DNA from: the human T2T-CHM13v2.0 reference genome, Homo sapiens
DNA: 64,000 bases
Direction: 5' to 3' (one strand)
Assembly: GCF_009914755.1 (NCBI RefSeq)
Contig: NC_060944.1
This document shows positions 13,001-32,947 of the stretch, piece after piece (the first letter of the stretch is position 1; every line of letters starts with the position of its first letter). The notes under the pieces are model-generated. The model was not told where the DNA came from, searched no databases, and worked only from the letters and a program-made list of their open reading frames with translations. Position numbers and translations under genes: made by a program.

Positions 13001-13590
13001 AGACCAACTTGGACTGTGCCCCCCAAAAAAACTTGTCATCCCTACTATCTTCTGTCTAGTCATACTCCTATTCACCTTTCTCAACTACCCATACATGCCC
13101 TGCTCTTGTTTACACTGCCAGTTTACACTGTTTTTCCAAGCCATCACAGCTGATATCTCCTGGTGCTATCCCCAAACTGCCACTCTTAACTCTTGAAGTA
13201 AATAAATAATCTTTGCTGGCAGGACTATGCTGAATCTCCTTAGGCATTCTCTAATCAGATATCCTGAGTCATCCCAGTTCTTAGACCTTTTACACCTGTT
13301 TTTCTCCTTCTGTTTTTCCATTTAGTTTCTCAATTCATCCAAAACCGTATCCAGGCCATCACCAATCATTCTATACCACAAATGTTTCTTCTAACATCCC
13401 CACAATATCACCCCTTACCACAAGACCTCCCTTCAGCTTAATCTCTCCCACTCTAGGTTCCCACGCCGCCCCTAATCCCGCTTGAAGCAGCCCTGAGAAA
13501 CATCGCCCATTCTCTCTCCGCACCACCCCCCAAAAATTTTCGCCGCCCCAACACTTCAACACTATTTTGTTTTATTTTTCTTATTAATAT

Positions 13591-13603
13591 AAGAAGGCAG
13601 GAA
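13591..13603 (+). promoter_or_regulatory. Polypurine tract
   Basis: AAGAAGGCAGGAA abutting the 3' LTR. Confidence 0.85.
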
Positions 13604-14056
13604 TGTCAGGCCTCTGAGCCCAAGCCAAGCCATCGCATCCCCTGTGACTTGCACGTATATGCCCAGATGGCCTGAAGTAACTGAAGAATCACAAAAGGAG
13701 TGAATATGCCCTGCCCCATCTTAACTGATGAAATTCCACAACAAAAGAAGTGCAAATGGCCGGTCCTTGCCTTAACTGATGACATTACCTTGTGAAAGTC
13801 CTTTTCCTGGCTCATCCTGGCTCAAAAAGCTCCCCCACTGAGCACCTTGAGACCCCCACTCCTGCCCACCTGAGAACAAATCCCCTTTGACTGTAATTTT
13901 CCTTTACCTACCCAAATCCTATAAAACAGCCCCACCCTTATCTCCCTTTGCTGACTCTCTTTTCGGACTCAGCCTGCCTGCACCCAGGTGAAATAAACAG
14001 CCATGTTGCTCACACAAAGCCTGTTTGGTGGTCTCTTCACATGGACGCGCATGAAA
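13604..14056 (+). mobile_element. 3' LTR7 of HERV-H
   Basis: Colinear with the 5' LTR (about 19 substitutions, no indels, manual count). AATAAA 13992-13997. Confidence 0.97.
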
Positions 14057-14157
14057 GAATACATACTGCATGATTCTGTTTATATGAAATTCTAGAAAAA
14101 GCAAAAACATCAGTGGTTGCCTAGAATTAGCAGTAAAGGGAGATTGACTGCAAAGGG

Positions 14158-14171
14158 TGTGAAATAGCAAG

Positions 14172-14257
<86 letters not shown>

Positions 14258-15291
14258 CTCTCCCCCTGTTTCTTGCACAGAGCTCCTAAAACCTTTATAA
14301 CTTCCTGAGAGATAGTGGTAGGGTGCTAAGAGAATCTTTTGTTCTAATATTTGGTCTCTGTCCTGGTTCCTGAGACAGGGACCCTAATACCCTTGTAGAT
14401 TGGGGTGATCTAGGGGAATCTTTTGTTCTAATATTTGGTCTTTGACACCAGATCCTAACATACTGCTCTTTAGATTTTTGTGAACCTGAGTGATAGGAGT
14501 AGCTGGCACAGAGCTCCCAAATCTCTCAGAATTTCCTGGGTGATAGAAGCATCTTTTGTTCCAATGAGACAACTCTTGTTGGGCTCCTACATTGGGGGTG
14601 GTCACCAGAAAGACCAAATCTTGATTACAAGCTTGGAACTTTCAGCTCCACCCACACTCTTTGGAGAAGAAAGAGAGGCTGGAAATGGACTTAATAATCA
14701 ATCATGCATACATGATGAAGTCACCATAAAATTCCCCAAACTATGGGGTTCAGAAAGCTTCCAGTGGGGTCAATTTATTCATATGCTAGGAGTGTGGTGC
14801 ACCCTAACTCCACAGGGACAGAAGCTCCTGTGCTCTGAAATCTTTGCCCTGTATATAGCTGTTCATCTGCAGTTTTTGTTATACCCTTTATTAATGAACC
14901 CATAAACATAAGTAAATTGCTTTCCTGAGTTCTGTGACTCTAGCAAATTAATCAAAACAAAAGAAGGAGTCATGAAAACCCCCAATGTTTTCTGGCCAAT
15001 TGGTCAGAAGTCTAAGTGACAACCTACTACTGTATTTGCAATTTTCAGTTAGCATCAGAAGTCAGGGTTGGGGAAGGGTTTGTGGAACTGAGCCTTCAAC
15101 CTGTGGGATCTGATCTAGCTCTAGGTCATAGTGTGAGAATTGAGTTAAATTACAGGACACCTAGTTAATGTCCAATGCAGAATTGCTTGTTAGTGGCAGT
15201 GCAGGGAGGGGGAACCCACACATATCTGATGTCAGAAGTGTTGCATTGAGTAGTGTGTGTGAGTGGAAAGAAACAGTTTTGTTTTTTCCTC
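14158..15291 (+). mobile_element. MER21-family LTR
   Basis: Repeated acagagctcc / cttttgttctaatatttggtc blocks typical of MER21; TG start and ...cctCA end. Confidence 0.7.
14175..14252. repeat. Perfect (TA)39 microsatellite
   Basis: Uninterrupted TA run. Confidence 0.98.
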
Positions 15292-16639
15292 AGAAATGAG
15301 CATTAAGGAATTTTGGGGGTGATGGAAATGTCTCCAGCCCATCAGAATCCATCAGAAAACTACTTACGCAATTTATCAAGAATGCCAATTTCTTCCTATG
15401 AGGAGATTTGTATATAATAACTCACAAAAAAGGTTTAATCCCAGATAAGGTTTGGGATATTTTTTCTTCCAAATATGCATGCACTAAAAAAGAGGGATTT
15501 AAAAAAAAAACAAACATTTTAAATGTTATCTGTTGTGATTATTTGTCAGTGATGGGGTTGTAAAGGAATTTTATTTTCTTCCTTGTCTGCAGATTAACAT
15601 TTTTCTGGTATATGGATGTCCTGCTTTTGGAGTTCTAATAATAAGAAATAAAAGTTTTTACCTTTATTTAAATAAAGAATTCCCATTTTGCATTATAAAA
15701 TGTTTGATGATGAGAAATGAAGTAAGAAGTATGAATGTGCTGGTGTGGGAGCCTGTGGAAGAGAGGACCATGTCATCTCAACTGTCCTGAGCTGAGCAGT
15801 GAATTGCGGTCAGGAAGGGGAGGTAATTCCTTAGGGAAGGAAGGGTATGGAGAGTCAGAGATTAATGGCCCCATGGCCATGGCAGGAGTGGCAGAGGCTG
15901 ATTAGGTCTTGTCAGTTCTCCCCACATCTTTTGTCCCCATAGTGACCAAAGATAGACAGATAGTCAAGGTCCACCTGATATATAGCAGCCTGCCCTGTGT
16001 GCCTGCCCGTAGGCCTAAGATAGCTGGACTGAAGCTAAGTCTACATATCTGACCCCCGAGATGGGTCAACTTGGTATCTCCCCAACTTGGTATCAACTTG
16101 GTCAATAGACACCTGTGTCCATTGAAAGAAAAGAGAACTTGAAGTGACCTGGGGTAGTTTGCTGTTCGTTAGATTGCTGTACCTACTGCATTTCCCAAGG
16201 CCAAATTAGAATGCCCCTTTCTAAGTAAGTGTATTCCTCATGTCTTGGCCCCACAGCAGGTTTCTGTGCATGTGCACTAGAACTTTCTCCTGTTTGCCAC
16301 TCTGGCTACAGCCACGAATATGCTCCATTGAACTATTTTTTTTTTTCTGAGCCAAGTTGAAATGGTTGCATGCCTAAATATTATGAGTCAGCAAATGAAA
16401 AGATGGATTTTGACTGATAATTTTCAGAACAAACAGATCAATTTAACTTGAATAAATATAATTGATGATGGAAAATTCAATTGGACCAAAGAATATCTTT
16501 GTCTCTTATTTTCATATAATGTTTGGCTATAAAGTCTTCCATTGGCTCTATCTGGCCAACAACCTACACGTGATTTCAAATTCAAGTTTCTTATTTTCTT
16601 AACTTTTCATATTCAACTTGGATCTTTTATACTTATCTA

Positions 16640-17845
16640 TTTGTTCTTTATTCATTTGATAAATATTTGTTGATTGCCTATTCTGTGCCAGGAATTATCC
16701 TAGACATTAGGAATTGAGCAATGAATGAGACAGGTTTGGTCTCTAGATTCACGGAGCATATACTCTAATGTAAAAGATGGACAATGAGCACCAAAAAAAG
16801 ATAATAATTTGAGAGAGTTGTGAGTGCCATAATAAAAAGTAAAACAGGATAACAAAATAGAGAGTAACTGGAATGTACACTGAGTATATTTCAGCTTGAT
16901 GTGTCATCAAAGGCCTGTCTGAGGTGGTGATAGTTGAGCATAGGCCTGAATGATTGAAAGAAAAGGAGAGCATCAGGACAGTCACAGGGAGTGACAGGTG
17001 TGAAAACTCCAATGCAGGAACAAACTTGGTGTGTTGAGGGGGCCTAGGAAAGGCCGCAGTGGCGAGGGGAGAGCTGACAAAAAAGAGAGGGGAGAGGTGG
17101 GTTTGAAGAGGCACAGGGCCCCGGGCCATGGAAGATCTTGTAGGGTATGGTAAGAAGTTTTGGGTTTATTTCGACTGAATGGAAAACCACTGGAAACAAG
17201 TAGGGAAGAGATGTGATGATTTATGTGTCTTACGAAGTCTGGCTGTGGGGAGGAGAACGGCCTGGGGATAGGAAAGGAATGGAGGCAGGGAGTCTAGTTA
17301 GAAGGCAGAAGATGAGACAACACAAGATGATAGCTTGAACTGAAATGGCAGTGGAGGGGATACTGAGGAAGACAGAGATTCAGGATATGTTTGCAGAGAT
17401 GAGGAAAAGACGGGATTCAAAGACAACATTTAGATTTTTTTACCTGAGCAACTGGGCAAGCGAGAACAACATCAGCTGAAATGATGAATTCTGGGGAGAG
17501 AACAGTTTGTGGACAGAAGGGAAATAGAAGACTTGGAATATGTTTTGGACATATTTGGAAATGCTTTATTAGGTGTCACAGTAGAGATGTCAAGTAGGTA
17601 ATCTGGAGTTTGGATGCAGTTCAGGCTGGACATTTGGGAGGCGTGATATTTGATAAAGCTGTAAGATTTGATAAGATCATCTGTGAAGAAAAGAGGGCTG
17701 AGAACCAAGCCCTGAGACCACCAATGTTCAGAGGTCAGGAAGAGAACAGAAACCATCAAAGGATACTGAGAAGGAGAAACCAGGGAGGGATGAGGAAACC
17801 CAGAAGAATGAAGTGTCTAAGAACCCAAGTGAAGAAAGCCTATAA
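16640..17845 (-). mobile_element. L2 LINE 3' fragment
   Basis: attcatttgataaatatttgttgattgcctattctgtgccagg L2 end, followed by typical purine-rich antisense L2 body. Confidence 0.8.
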
Positions 17846-18282
17846 TTCTAAACCTTCTACTGCTTCCTACTTATTTCTAATTTCTACCTTTTATCTATAA
17901 ACAATCCTGTAAGCAGTGTTTGCACTATTTCAGCCCCAAAACACACCACACCCAGACCTACTGAAAAGATATTTATTGTGATTAAGTCTTTGGACCATAG
18001 CCCAACATCTTCCTAGCCGCCTATGTGGTTGATTTTTCTTTCTCCTGCCCAGGGAAAGGTCAGCCAAACACAAGTCCCTGCATAATGTGACACAGGTCTT
18101 CTTCATTTCACCCAGCATTGACTTCCCTGTACTAAGAAAATGAGCATTTAATAGATACACTCTCTCCGACAAAAGATGGGATCCAGAGAACATTCTTATA
18201 GTTGCATACCAAAAAGCATTTCCCCTTTCCTTGCAGAGTCTACGCTTCTCTTGGTACCAAGAGGGTTTTGCCTGATTTGACT

Positions 18283-18322
18283 ACACACACACACACACAC
18301 ACACACTCTCTCACACACACAC
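18283..18322. repeat. (CA)n microsatellite, interrupted
   Basis: acacac...ctctcacacacac. Confidence 0.9.
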
Positions 18323-20582
18323 TAACTCAGGTCAGGAATTAAAAACTTTGAGCAGCTCAGTAATTGGTTTTAGGAGTGGAAGTACCAAATGCTACCACCA
18401 TTCAGCTCTTGCTAAGCCTTGGGCATTGTAGCTAATCATTTAGTAACATTGAAAGGCTCCTTTTATGGAGGCTTCCCCATCATCAATGAACTCATTTTAT
18501 ATAAATATTTAGCTAGGCAATAAACTGGACAGCCTATATTACTCAACATCAGCCTCAAAAGACCCTCCCGATTTTATATACACAGCATCCTGGTAGAGTA
18601 ATAGATTTTACACGCATGACATGGTTAGCGGTAAATACACCAGGGTAGGTCAAACCCTGTTTGGTTCTCTGCTTTTAACTGTCTTGGGCTTTGTGTGTTT
18701 CTTTAATCAGTTGGATGATTTAGATAAACAAAATATATTAGTCTTTGTAAGTATAACATGCCTTGAACTTTTTCCAGATATTCATTCCCATTCATCATCA
18801 TAATAGTTGCTCCCCCTTGGCCATCATTAAGATTAGAAATGTCCTTGAACCATTTAATGATATTCCACAAGACTGGACAGACTTTTCATGCCTTGATGAA
18901 TTGCGATCACTCAGCTTAGACCAATGAAATTGGATATCCTTTAATGTGCCTGATGACTTTAAGGAATTTAGGAAAAGCAGTGCTGCAGCATCAAAATGGC
19001 TTCACAGAATAACCATCCATTTGGGGAAAGATGCATGGCTTATGTAAAAATTGATGAATGAGTTAGATCTAATCTAATAGCTAACTGCAATGAGTATTAT
19101 TTATTTGTTCATATTGCTAAATATGGTTTTATCTACAAGTGACTATTTATTAGAGCACTCATTAGAATCCTTAATGAAGGTATGAACTGATTTTTTTAAA
19201 GCCCAAGTTAGAATGCTGAAGGAAGATTCCTCCAAGTAAATTGACTTTTAGCTGTTCACACCACAGATGATGGGAAAAAAATGAAAAACTTAAAAACAAG
19301 GCTGGGCCAGGATATGTTCCAGCTACCCCGGAGCTATGAAAAACTGGTTGCTTCTATTTTATGGGGTCCTGCATCTCCAAATGGCCACTGATTGACCCCC
19401 AAAGTTCTGCAATACATAAGCAAGCAGACTTGACAATTTGTGCCATAAATATCTTTAATATTTTCACAAATATTTTGATTCCATAGGCTCTGAAACCATT
19501 GACATTCCCATGGTGTAGAGCTGCCTATTATATTGGCATATTTAAATCATCTTTAAGTTTCTTCCTAAACCATGGTTTGAGACCACAGGATTAAGAACAG
19601 AAACTCCCAGGTGTATAGTAGAGAGCACTGTGCTTGGAGTAAAAAGATCAGCCTTCAAGTCCTGGTGTTATCATAGGCAATTTAATTAAATTACTCACAG
19701 AAGCATCAGTTTCTTCCTTTATTCATCAATTATTTATTGAGCATCTATAATTTTCTGAGCAGTATTCTTGGGATAGATGAGAGAACAAAAAAGAATACAG
19801 GGATTACACTCCACTGTTGGCCTTGTTTAATATAACTTTCTTCCTTCCAGAATTGTTGTATAGGTCAAATGAGACATCAAAAATAAAACCACTTTATAGA
19901 GAGCTTTGGGGCAATTTATACACTAACTCCTGGCAGCCATGAGTTGAGGGCTGCTCCAGGGAATGTCACTTCTGTCCTGCCACAGGCAGAGCAGTCTTCT
20001 GCATTTTGGAGCGAACCCTGAGGTAGGCACAGATGCAGATAGTGGTGGTTGCAAATTAGCTGATCCACACTGGAAACAGTAGGGACCAGGGGATATGGAA
20101 GGGAACTGTCAGTGAATGATGCAGACATGAAAAGATAAACCCATTTTTGTCATTACTCTGCTGGTTAGGTGGTGCCTGCCTGTCCCCTTCCCCAACCCCT
20201 GTACCCTAATACACACCAGCCACCTGCAGGATGGCTTGCAATGCATTAGTAACTCTTCTCATGAATCAGCTGGACCTGAAATAATCTAGACTTGAGTTTC
20301 TCACACTGGAGTTTGTGGCTCCTGTGGGTCTATGGATGTAGCCTCCAAAACCATGAATTCAATGACAATACTACAATTCTTAAAATTTTCATTTTGATGA
20401 CAAACTAAAATAAATTAATACAGATATATTCAGGGTGACCTTGTGACTAGTCATAGTAGGCAATTTCATTTTCTGCATTTGTATTTGAGGTTGAAGTAAT
20501 GGTGATGCCAAATGAAGATTTCAGGTAGCTGGAAAAGAAAAAAATGGAAAAATTGAGAGATGACCAATAATGTATATTTAAG

Positions 20583-20880
<298 letters not shown>

Positions 20881-21249
20881 TGTATGTTTAAATGTATGTT
20901 GAACATTTTAAAAGCCTAGGTGGGCTTATCTGTATGTTCATGTTCTGAGCAGAGATGGTGCATGGGTCACATCTACGTATATATCAAACTTGGTTGGCAA
21001 TAAATGTAGTAGTCAACTCTCAATAATTTTTCATGAAATGGCTGTGTCGCAATTTCCCAGGGTGTTTATTAAGTGGATTGGCTGAGAATAAATAATGGAT
21101 AGGTAGTTTAAAACAAATGTATTGTCCAAAAGGAAGTGCAATGCAAATCATAATGTTGACAACTCAGATGATGGCTATCAAGTTTAAAATCAACAGGATC
21201 AAGTCAACTAATGAAATATTGTTTCCAAATAAATGCTTCTATAATAAAA

Positions 21250-21710
21250 GCAGTACTTCTGCTTCTGGAAAGATGAAATGCAGGTACTTTTCCCTATTCT
21301 CTCCATTAAGTGTAGCTAAAACACTGGGCATTATATATAAAACAAATATGAGTAGAGTTGGAAAGGTGGAGAAAAGAAGGTGGACTAACTAGCGACCCTG
21401 GGACCTGAGGAACAGTACGGTGGTGAGTTCTGTTTTTATTCTGCCTCATCTATCCCATCAAATACTACTCATACTGAGAACCAGGAGGATTGCAATATGA
21501 ATGACAAAAGACAATCAACAGATGTCAACACAAAGATAAGAGAATTATTTGACAAGGATTTTAAAGCAGCCATTATAAAAATTCTTCAACAAGCAAGTTT
21601 GAACATGCTTGAAACAAATGGAATATATTAAATCTCAGCAAAGAAATATAAGATACAAAGAAAAAACACATGGAAATTATAGAGTTGAAAACACAATAAC
21701 CCAAATTAAA
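21250..21710 (+). mobile_element. L1M 5' end / ORF1 fragment
   Basis: acttctgcttctggaaagatg start and gacaaggattttaaagcagccattataaaa ORF1 motif. Confidence 0.55.
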
Positions 21711-22004
21711 TTATATAATAATTTAAGGTAAACCAATAAAAACAAAACATAATGTAACGTAATTTATTATATCATTATTAACATGAACTTTATTGGTCTG
21801 GAATCTTATATTCACTTGGAAATCTACTTAGATGTATAATTGTACAACAGCTATATACATAAAAAGCTTATACCTTTCTATGTTTGTACATTTTGAAGTG
21901 GCATTATTTTAAAACAATTTATGTTAATACTAAGGAAACTGAAAATTTTTTCTTTTATAAAGGTTTCTCATTAAAACAAACATTTTAAAATGACATTTAT
22001 AATG

Positions 22005-22188
22005 TATTATGAGCTAAATTATGTTCCCCCAAAATCCATGTTGATGTCCTAAGCCCCGGGGCCTCAGAATGTGACTTTATTTGAAGACACAGCCTTTACA
22101 AAAAAAGTAATTAAGGTAAAATGAGGTCATTAGAGTGGACCCTAATCCATTACGACTGATGTCCTTATAAGAAGAGGAGATTAGGACA
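22005..22188 (+). mobile_element. MLT1 (MaLR) LTR 5' fragment
   Basis: cctcagaatgtgac...aatgaggtcattagagtggaccctaatcca...gtccttataagaagaggagattaggaca. Confidence 0.75.
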
Positions 22189-23564
22189 GAATTCACCAGT
22201 GTAACCATCTAGTACTAGGCTTTCTTCCTGGGAGATTTTTTGATTACTACTTTAATATCAGTACTTGTTATAGGTCTATTTAGATTTTCTATTTCTTTTT
22301 AAGTCCGTTTTGGTAGTTGCTGTTTTCTGTAAGAATTTGTCAATTTCATCTAAGTTGTCTGATTAGTTGGTATACAGTTATCCATGCCATTTCCTTTATA
22401 TTCTTTTCATTTCTGTAAGGTCAAGCAGTATCATCCCCTCTTCTATTTCTGATTTTAGGCATTTGAGTCTTCTCTCTTTTTTCTTGGCCGTTCTAGCTAA
22501 CAGTTTGTCAGTATTATTGATCTTTTTGACAAACCAACTTTTGGATTCATTTTCTCTATTGTTTTTCAATTCGTTATTTCATTAATTCCCTCTCTAATCC
22601 TTATTATTTCCTCTTTCTACTTGCTTTGAGCTTCGTTTGCTCTTCTTTCTCCATTGTCTTAAGGTAGAATGTTTGGTTGTTGATATGGGATCTTTCTTCT
22701 TTTTTAGCGTAGGCATTTAAACTTCCCTGTAAGCACTGCTTTCACCGCATCCCCTAAGTTTTGGTATGTTGTGTCTTTGTTTTCATTCATCTCAAAATAT
22801 TTTCTTATTTTCCTCTGCTTTTATCTTAGACCTGTTGGTTATTTAGTAGTGCGCTGTTAAATTTACACATGTTCGTGAATTTCCCAAATCTTTCTGTTAC
22901 TAACTTTTAATTTTATTCTCTTGTGATCAGAGGACATATATTGTATGATTTCAATCCTTTTAAATTTATTAAGGCTTGTTGTATAGCCTGACATACAGTC
23001 TATTCTGGTGAATGTTCCTTGTGCACTTGAGAAGAATGTTTATTCTGTTATTGGGTACAGTGTTCTATTGATGTCTATTAGGTCTGCTTTGTGTATACTG
23101 TTGTTCAAGTCTTGTATTTCCTTGTTGATCTTATGCCTCATTATTCTATCCAATATTTAAAGTGGAATATTTAAGTATCTGAATATTAATGTTGAATTGT
23201 CTGTTTTTCCCCTCGATCATGTCAGTCATGTATTTTGGGATTCTGCTGTTAGGTGCATATATGTTTATAATATTTATAAATTCCTAATGAATTGATCCTC
23301 TCATCATTACATTGTATGCCCTTTTTATCTCTAGTAATATATTTTGTTTTAAAATCTATTTTGTCTGATATTTGTTTAGCCATTACAACTTCCATGTGAT
23401 TACTGTTTGCATGATACATCTTCTTCCACCTTTTTACATTCAACTAACTTATATATTTGAATATAAAGTATAACTTCTGTAGAGAGCATATAATTGCATC
23501 TTGTTTTTCAGTCTCGTCTGATACCCTCTCAGCTTTTGACTGGATTACTTAATCCACTCACATC

Positions 23565-24042
23565 TGTGATGATTAATTTTATGTGTCAACTTGGAGGGTG
23601 TTTTAACATGAAATTAGTATTTAAATCAGTGAACACTGAGTAAAGCAGATTGCCCTATTCTGTGGGTGCCTCGTTCAATGAATTGACAGCTTGAATGAAT
23701 AAAAAGACTGGCCTCCCTAAGCAAGAGGGAATTCTCCAGCAGATCACCTTCAGACATCATTGGCACTATCGGCTTTCCTGGGTCTCTGTCTGCTGATCTT
23801 CAGACTATAACCGTATCCTGGGCTCTCCTGAGTCTCAAGTCTGCTGGCTCACACTACAGATTTTTATTTGCTAGGTTTTATATTCATTTGAGCCAAATCC
23901 TTATTTTATATATATATGTAAAACTTATTTTATAAAACTATATCATGTTATATATGTATACACATATATGTAATTTTATATATATACATATATATGTATG
24001 TATGCATATGCTACTGCTTTTTTTCTGGAGAACACTAATACA
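23565..24042 (+). mobile_element. MLT2-family (ERVL) solo LTR
   Basis: TGTGATGATTAATTTTATGTGTCAACTTG...CTGGAGAACACTAATACA with a perfect 5-bp TSD ACATC (23560-23564 / 24043-24047). Confidence 0.85.
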
Positions 24043-25769
24043 ACATCTAATGTTATTATTGATATAGTTAGATTTATATTGCCATTTAATTGTTTTCTAT
24101 ATGTCTCATGTGTCTATTGTGTTCCTCTATTCCTATTTTACTGCTTTATTTTGCATTGTCAGTATCTCTAGTGTAACATTTTAATTTATTTAATGGTTTT
24201 TTATAACTTATTTAGTTTGTTTTCTCTCAGTGGTTGCTCTAGGGCTTACCATATACATCAGAATTCATCAGAATTTACTTCAGATTTATACTAACTTAAT
24301 TCCATCAAGAAACAGAAATGTTCCTCCTGTATAGCTCTATTACCCATTCTTCCTTTCTGTGTTATCATTGTCACACATATTACATCTATAGATGCCATAA
24401 ACCTAACAATACGTCATTATAATGAGTACTTAATGTAATTTTTGTCTATTAAAGAGAGATAACAAAGAAGAGTAGGTATTTATTTGTAGCATTTGTTCTA
24501 TGTGCTTTCTTATTTATCATTTCTAGTTCTCTTTATTTGTTCCCATGTGTTCAAGTTATCATCTAGTATCATTTCCTCACTCCAGTACAACTCTGCCTCC
24601 ACCCATCTCCTTTAAGTGGTTGTTGTCAAGTACATTGCATTTCCATCTATTATAGCCCCAACAATACAATGATACATGTAGTGTTTTATACACTTGATTT
24701 ATAAAATTAATTAAGACAAGAAAGAAAAATATATATACTGTCTTTCATAATTGCAATTATCAGTGCTCTTTGTTTTTTCTCTATGGACTCAATTTCCATC
24801 TGGGTTTACTTGCTTTCAGCCTAAAAATTTCCTTTAGTATTTATGATAAGGCAGGTCTGATAGCAGCAAATTCTTTCAGTTTTTTTTTTTTCTGGATATG
24901 TCTTGATTTTTTTCTTCATTTTTGAAAGACAGTCTTTTAAGATATAAGATTCTTGGTTGATTGTTGTTGTTTATTTCAGCACTTTGAATGTGTTGCTCCA
25001 TTGCCTTCTGACAGCCATGATTTCTTATAAAAAGTCAGTTGTTCATTTTATTGGGGTTCCCTTATAAATGACATTTTTCTCTTGCTGCTTTCAAAATTTT
25101 CTCCTTGTCTTTGAATTTCAGTATTTTTTCTATGATGTGTTAAACAGAAAATAATGGATCTCTCTGTTTCCTACTTGAGTTTATTGAGCTTCCTGAGTGT
25201 GTTTTCCAGCAAATTTGGGGAGCTTTCAGCTGCTATTTCTTCAAATACTTTTTCTTCTCCTTTCTCTTTCTTTTCTTCTTCTAGTACTTCCATTATGCAT
25301 ATTTCAGTTTATTTACGGGTGTTCCACAGTTTCTCAAGGCTCTTTTTTCTTCATTTTATTTTCTCACTGTTCTCCAGATGGTATAATCCCTATCAGTCTA
25401 TCAAATTTGCTTATTCTTTATTCTGCCAGTAAAAAATCTCCTGTTGAGCCCCTTTAATAAAGTTGTTTAGTTCAGTTGTACTTCTTGACACCAGAATTAC
25501 CATTTGGTTCTATTTTTATGTCTATCTCTTTATTGATATTCTATATTTGATGAGATATTGTCTTCATACTGTACTTCTTTAAGCATTTTTAAAAATTCTT
25601 TGAGCATATTTATAATGGCTACTTTAAAGTCTTTATAAAATCTGACATTTGGTCCCTCTCTGAGGAAGTTTCTGTTGACTATTTTGTGTGTGTGAGCATC
25701 CGTGTGTGTGTGAGAGAGAAACAGAGAGAAATAACAAGTCACTGTTCCTGTTTCTTTTGCTGTCTCGTA

Positions 25770-26066
25770 ATTTTTTTTTTTTTTTGAGACAGAGTCTTGC
25801 TCTTTCGCCCAGGCTGGAGTGCAGTGGTGCCATCTCAGCTCACTGCAAGCTCTGCCTCCCGGGGTTCACACCATTCTCCTGCCTCAGCCTCCCGAGTAAC
25901 TGGGACTACAGGCGCCCGCCACCGCGCCCGGCTAATTTTTTGTATTTTTAGTAGAGATGGGGTTTCACCGTGTTAGCCAGGATTGTCTCGATCTCCTGAC
26001 CTTGTGATCTGCCCGCCTCAGCCTCCCAAAGTGCTGGGATTACAGACATGAGCCACCACACCTGGC
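25770..26066 (-). mobile_element. AluY
   Basis: CpG-rich, with AluY diagnostic tgcaagctc / ccattctcc and TSD TCGTAATTTTT. Confidence 0.93.
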
Positions 26067-26490
26067 CTCTTTCGTAATTTTTTTAAAAGTGGACATTTTA
26101 GGTAACATTTTGTAGCAACTCTGGTTATTAGTTCATCTCTTCCCTTTCTGGGTCTTGTTTTTGTTGCTGTTTCTTTGCTCATTTGTTTGGTGACTTAGCT
26201 AGGCCATTTTGATAAAACCATTTCTCTCACAGTGTAAAGCCTTGGCTGTCACTCCTCACAGGATGCAGCCTTGGGCATGCACCTGCTCACCCTGGAATTA
26301 AAATAATTTTAGCAGTTTTCTTTGATTGTCTCTTTCCCCTCATATCTTCATTAAAATGTCTGTCCTTTTCATATTATACCCAGCAATTAGGCTCCACTAA
26401 TTACCACTAATTGTTCTATTGTTTTGGAAAATGCCCTCTGATATAAATTACTCAGCAGTATAATTGGGCTGGGGTAGTTTTTAAAGATAG

Positions 26491-32947
<6,457 letters not shown>

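Larger units (their letters stand above)
9245..14056 (+). mobile_element. HERV-H provirus (LTR7-int-LTR7), 4812 bp, internally deleted
   Basis: Two 453-bp LTRs, 5-bp TSD GAATA (9240-9244 / 14057-14061), His-tRNA PBS, PPT, and gag/pro/pol remnants. Confidence 0.97.
22190..26480 (-). mobile_element. Older L1M body hosting MLT2, AluY and the L1PA; continues ~32970-33720
   Basis: Antisense L1 endonuclease-like peptide (KRWKKMYHANSN...ISDKIDFK, 23249-23443) and ORF1-like sequence 24800-25650. Confidence 0.75.

Noticed and set aside
13919-14278. 119-aa ORF with a (YI)n run
   Set aside because: Artefact of the (TA)n microsatellite plus LTR sequence.
16065-16105. Three copies of CAACTTGGT
   Set aside because: Short local slippage duplication; too small to assign a function.
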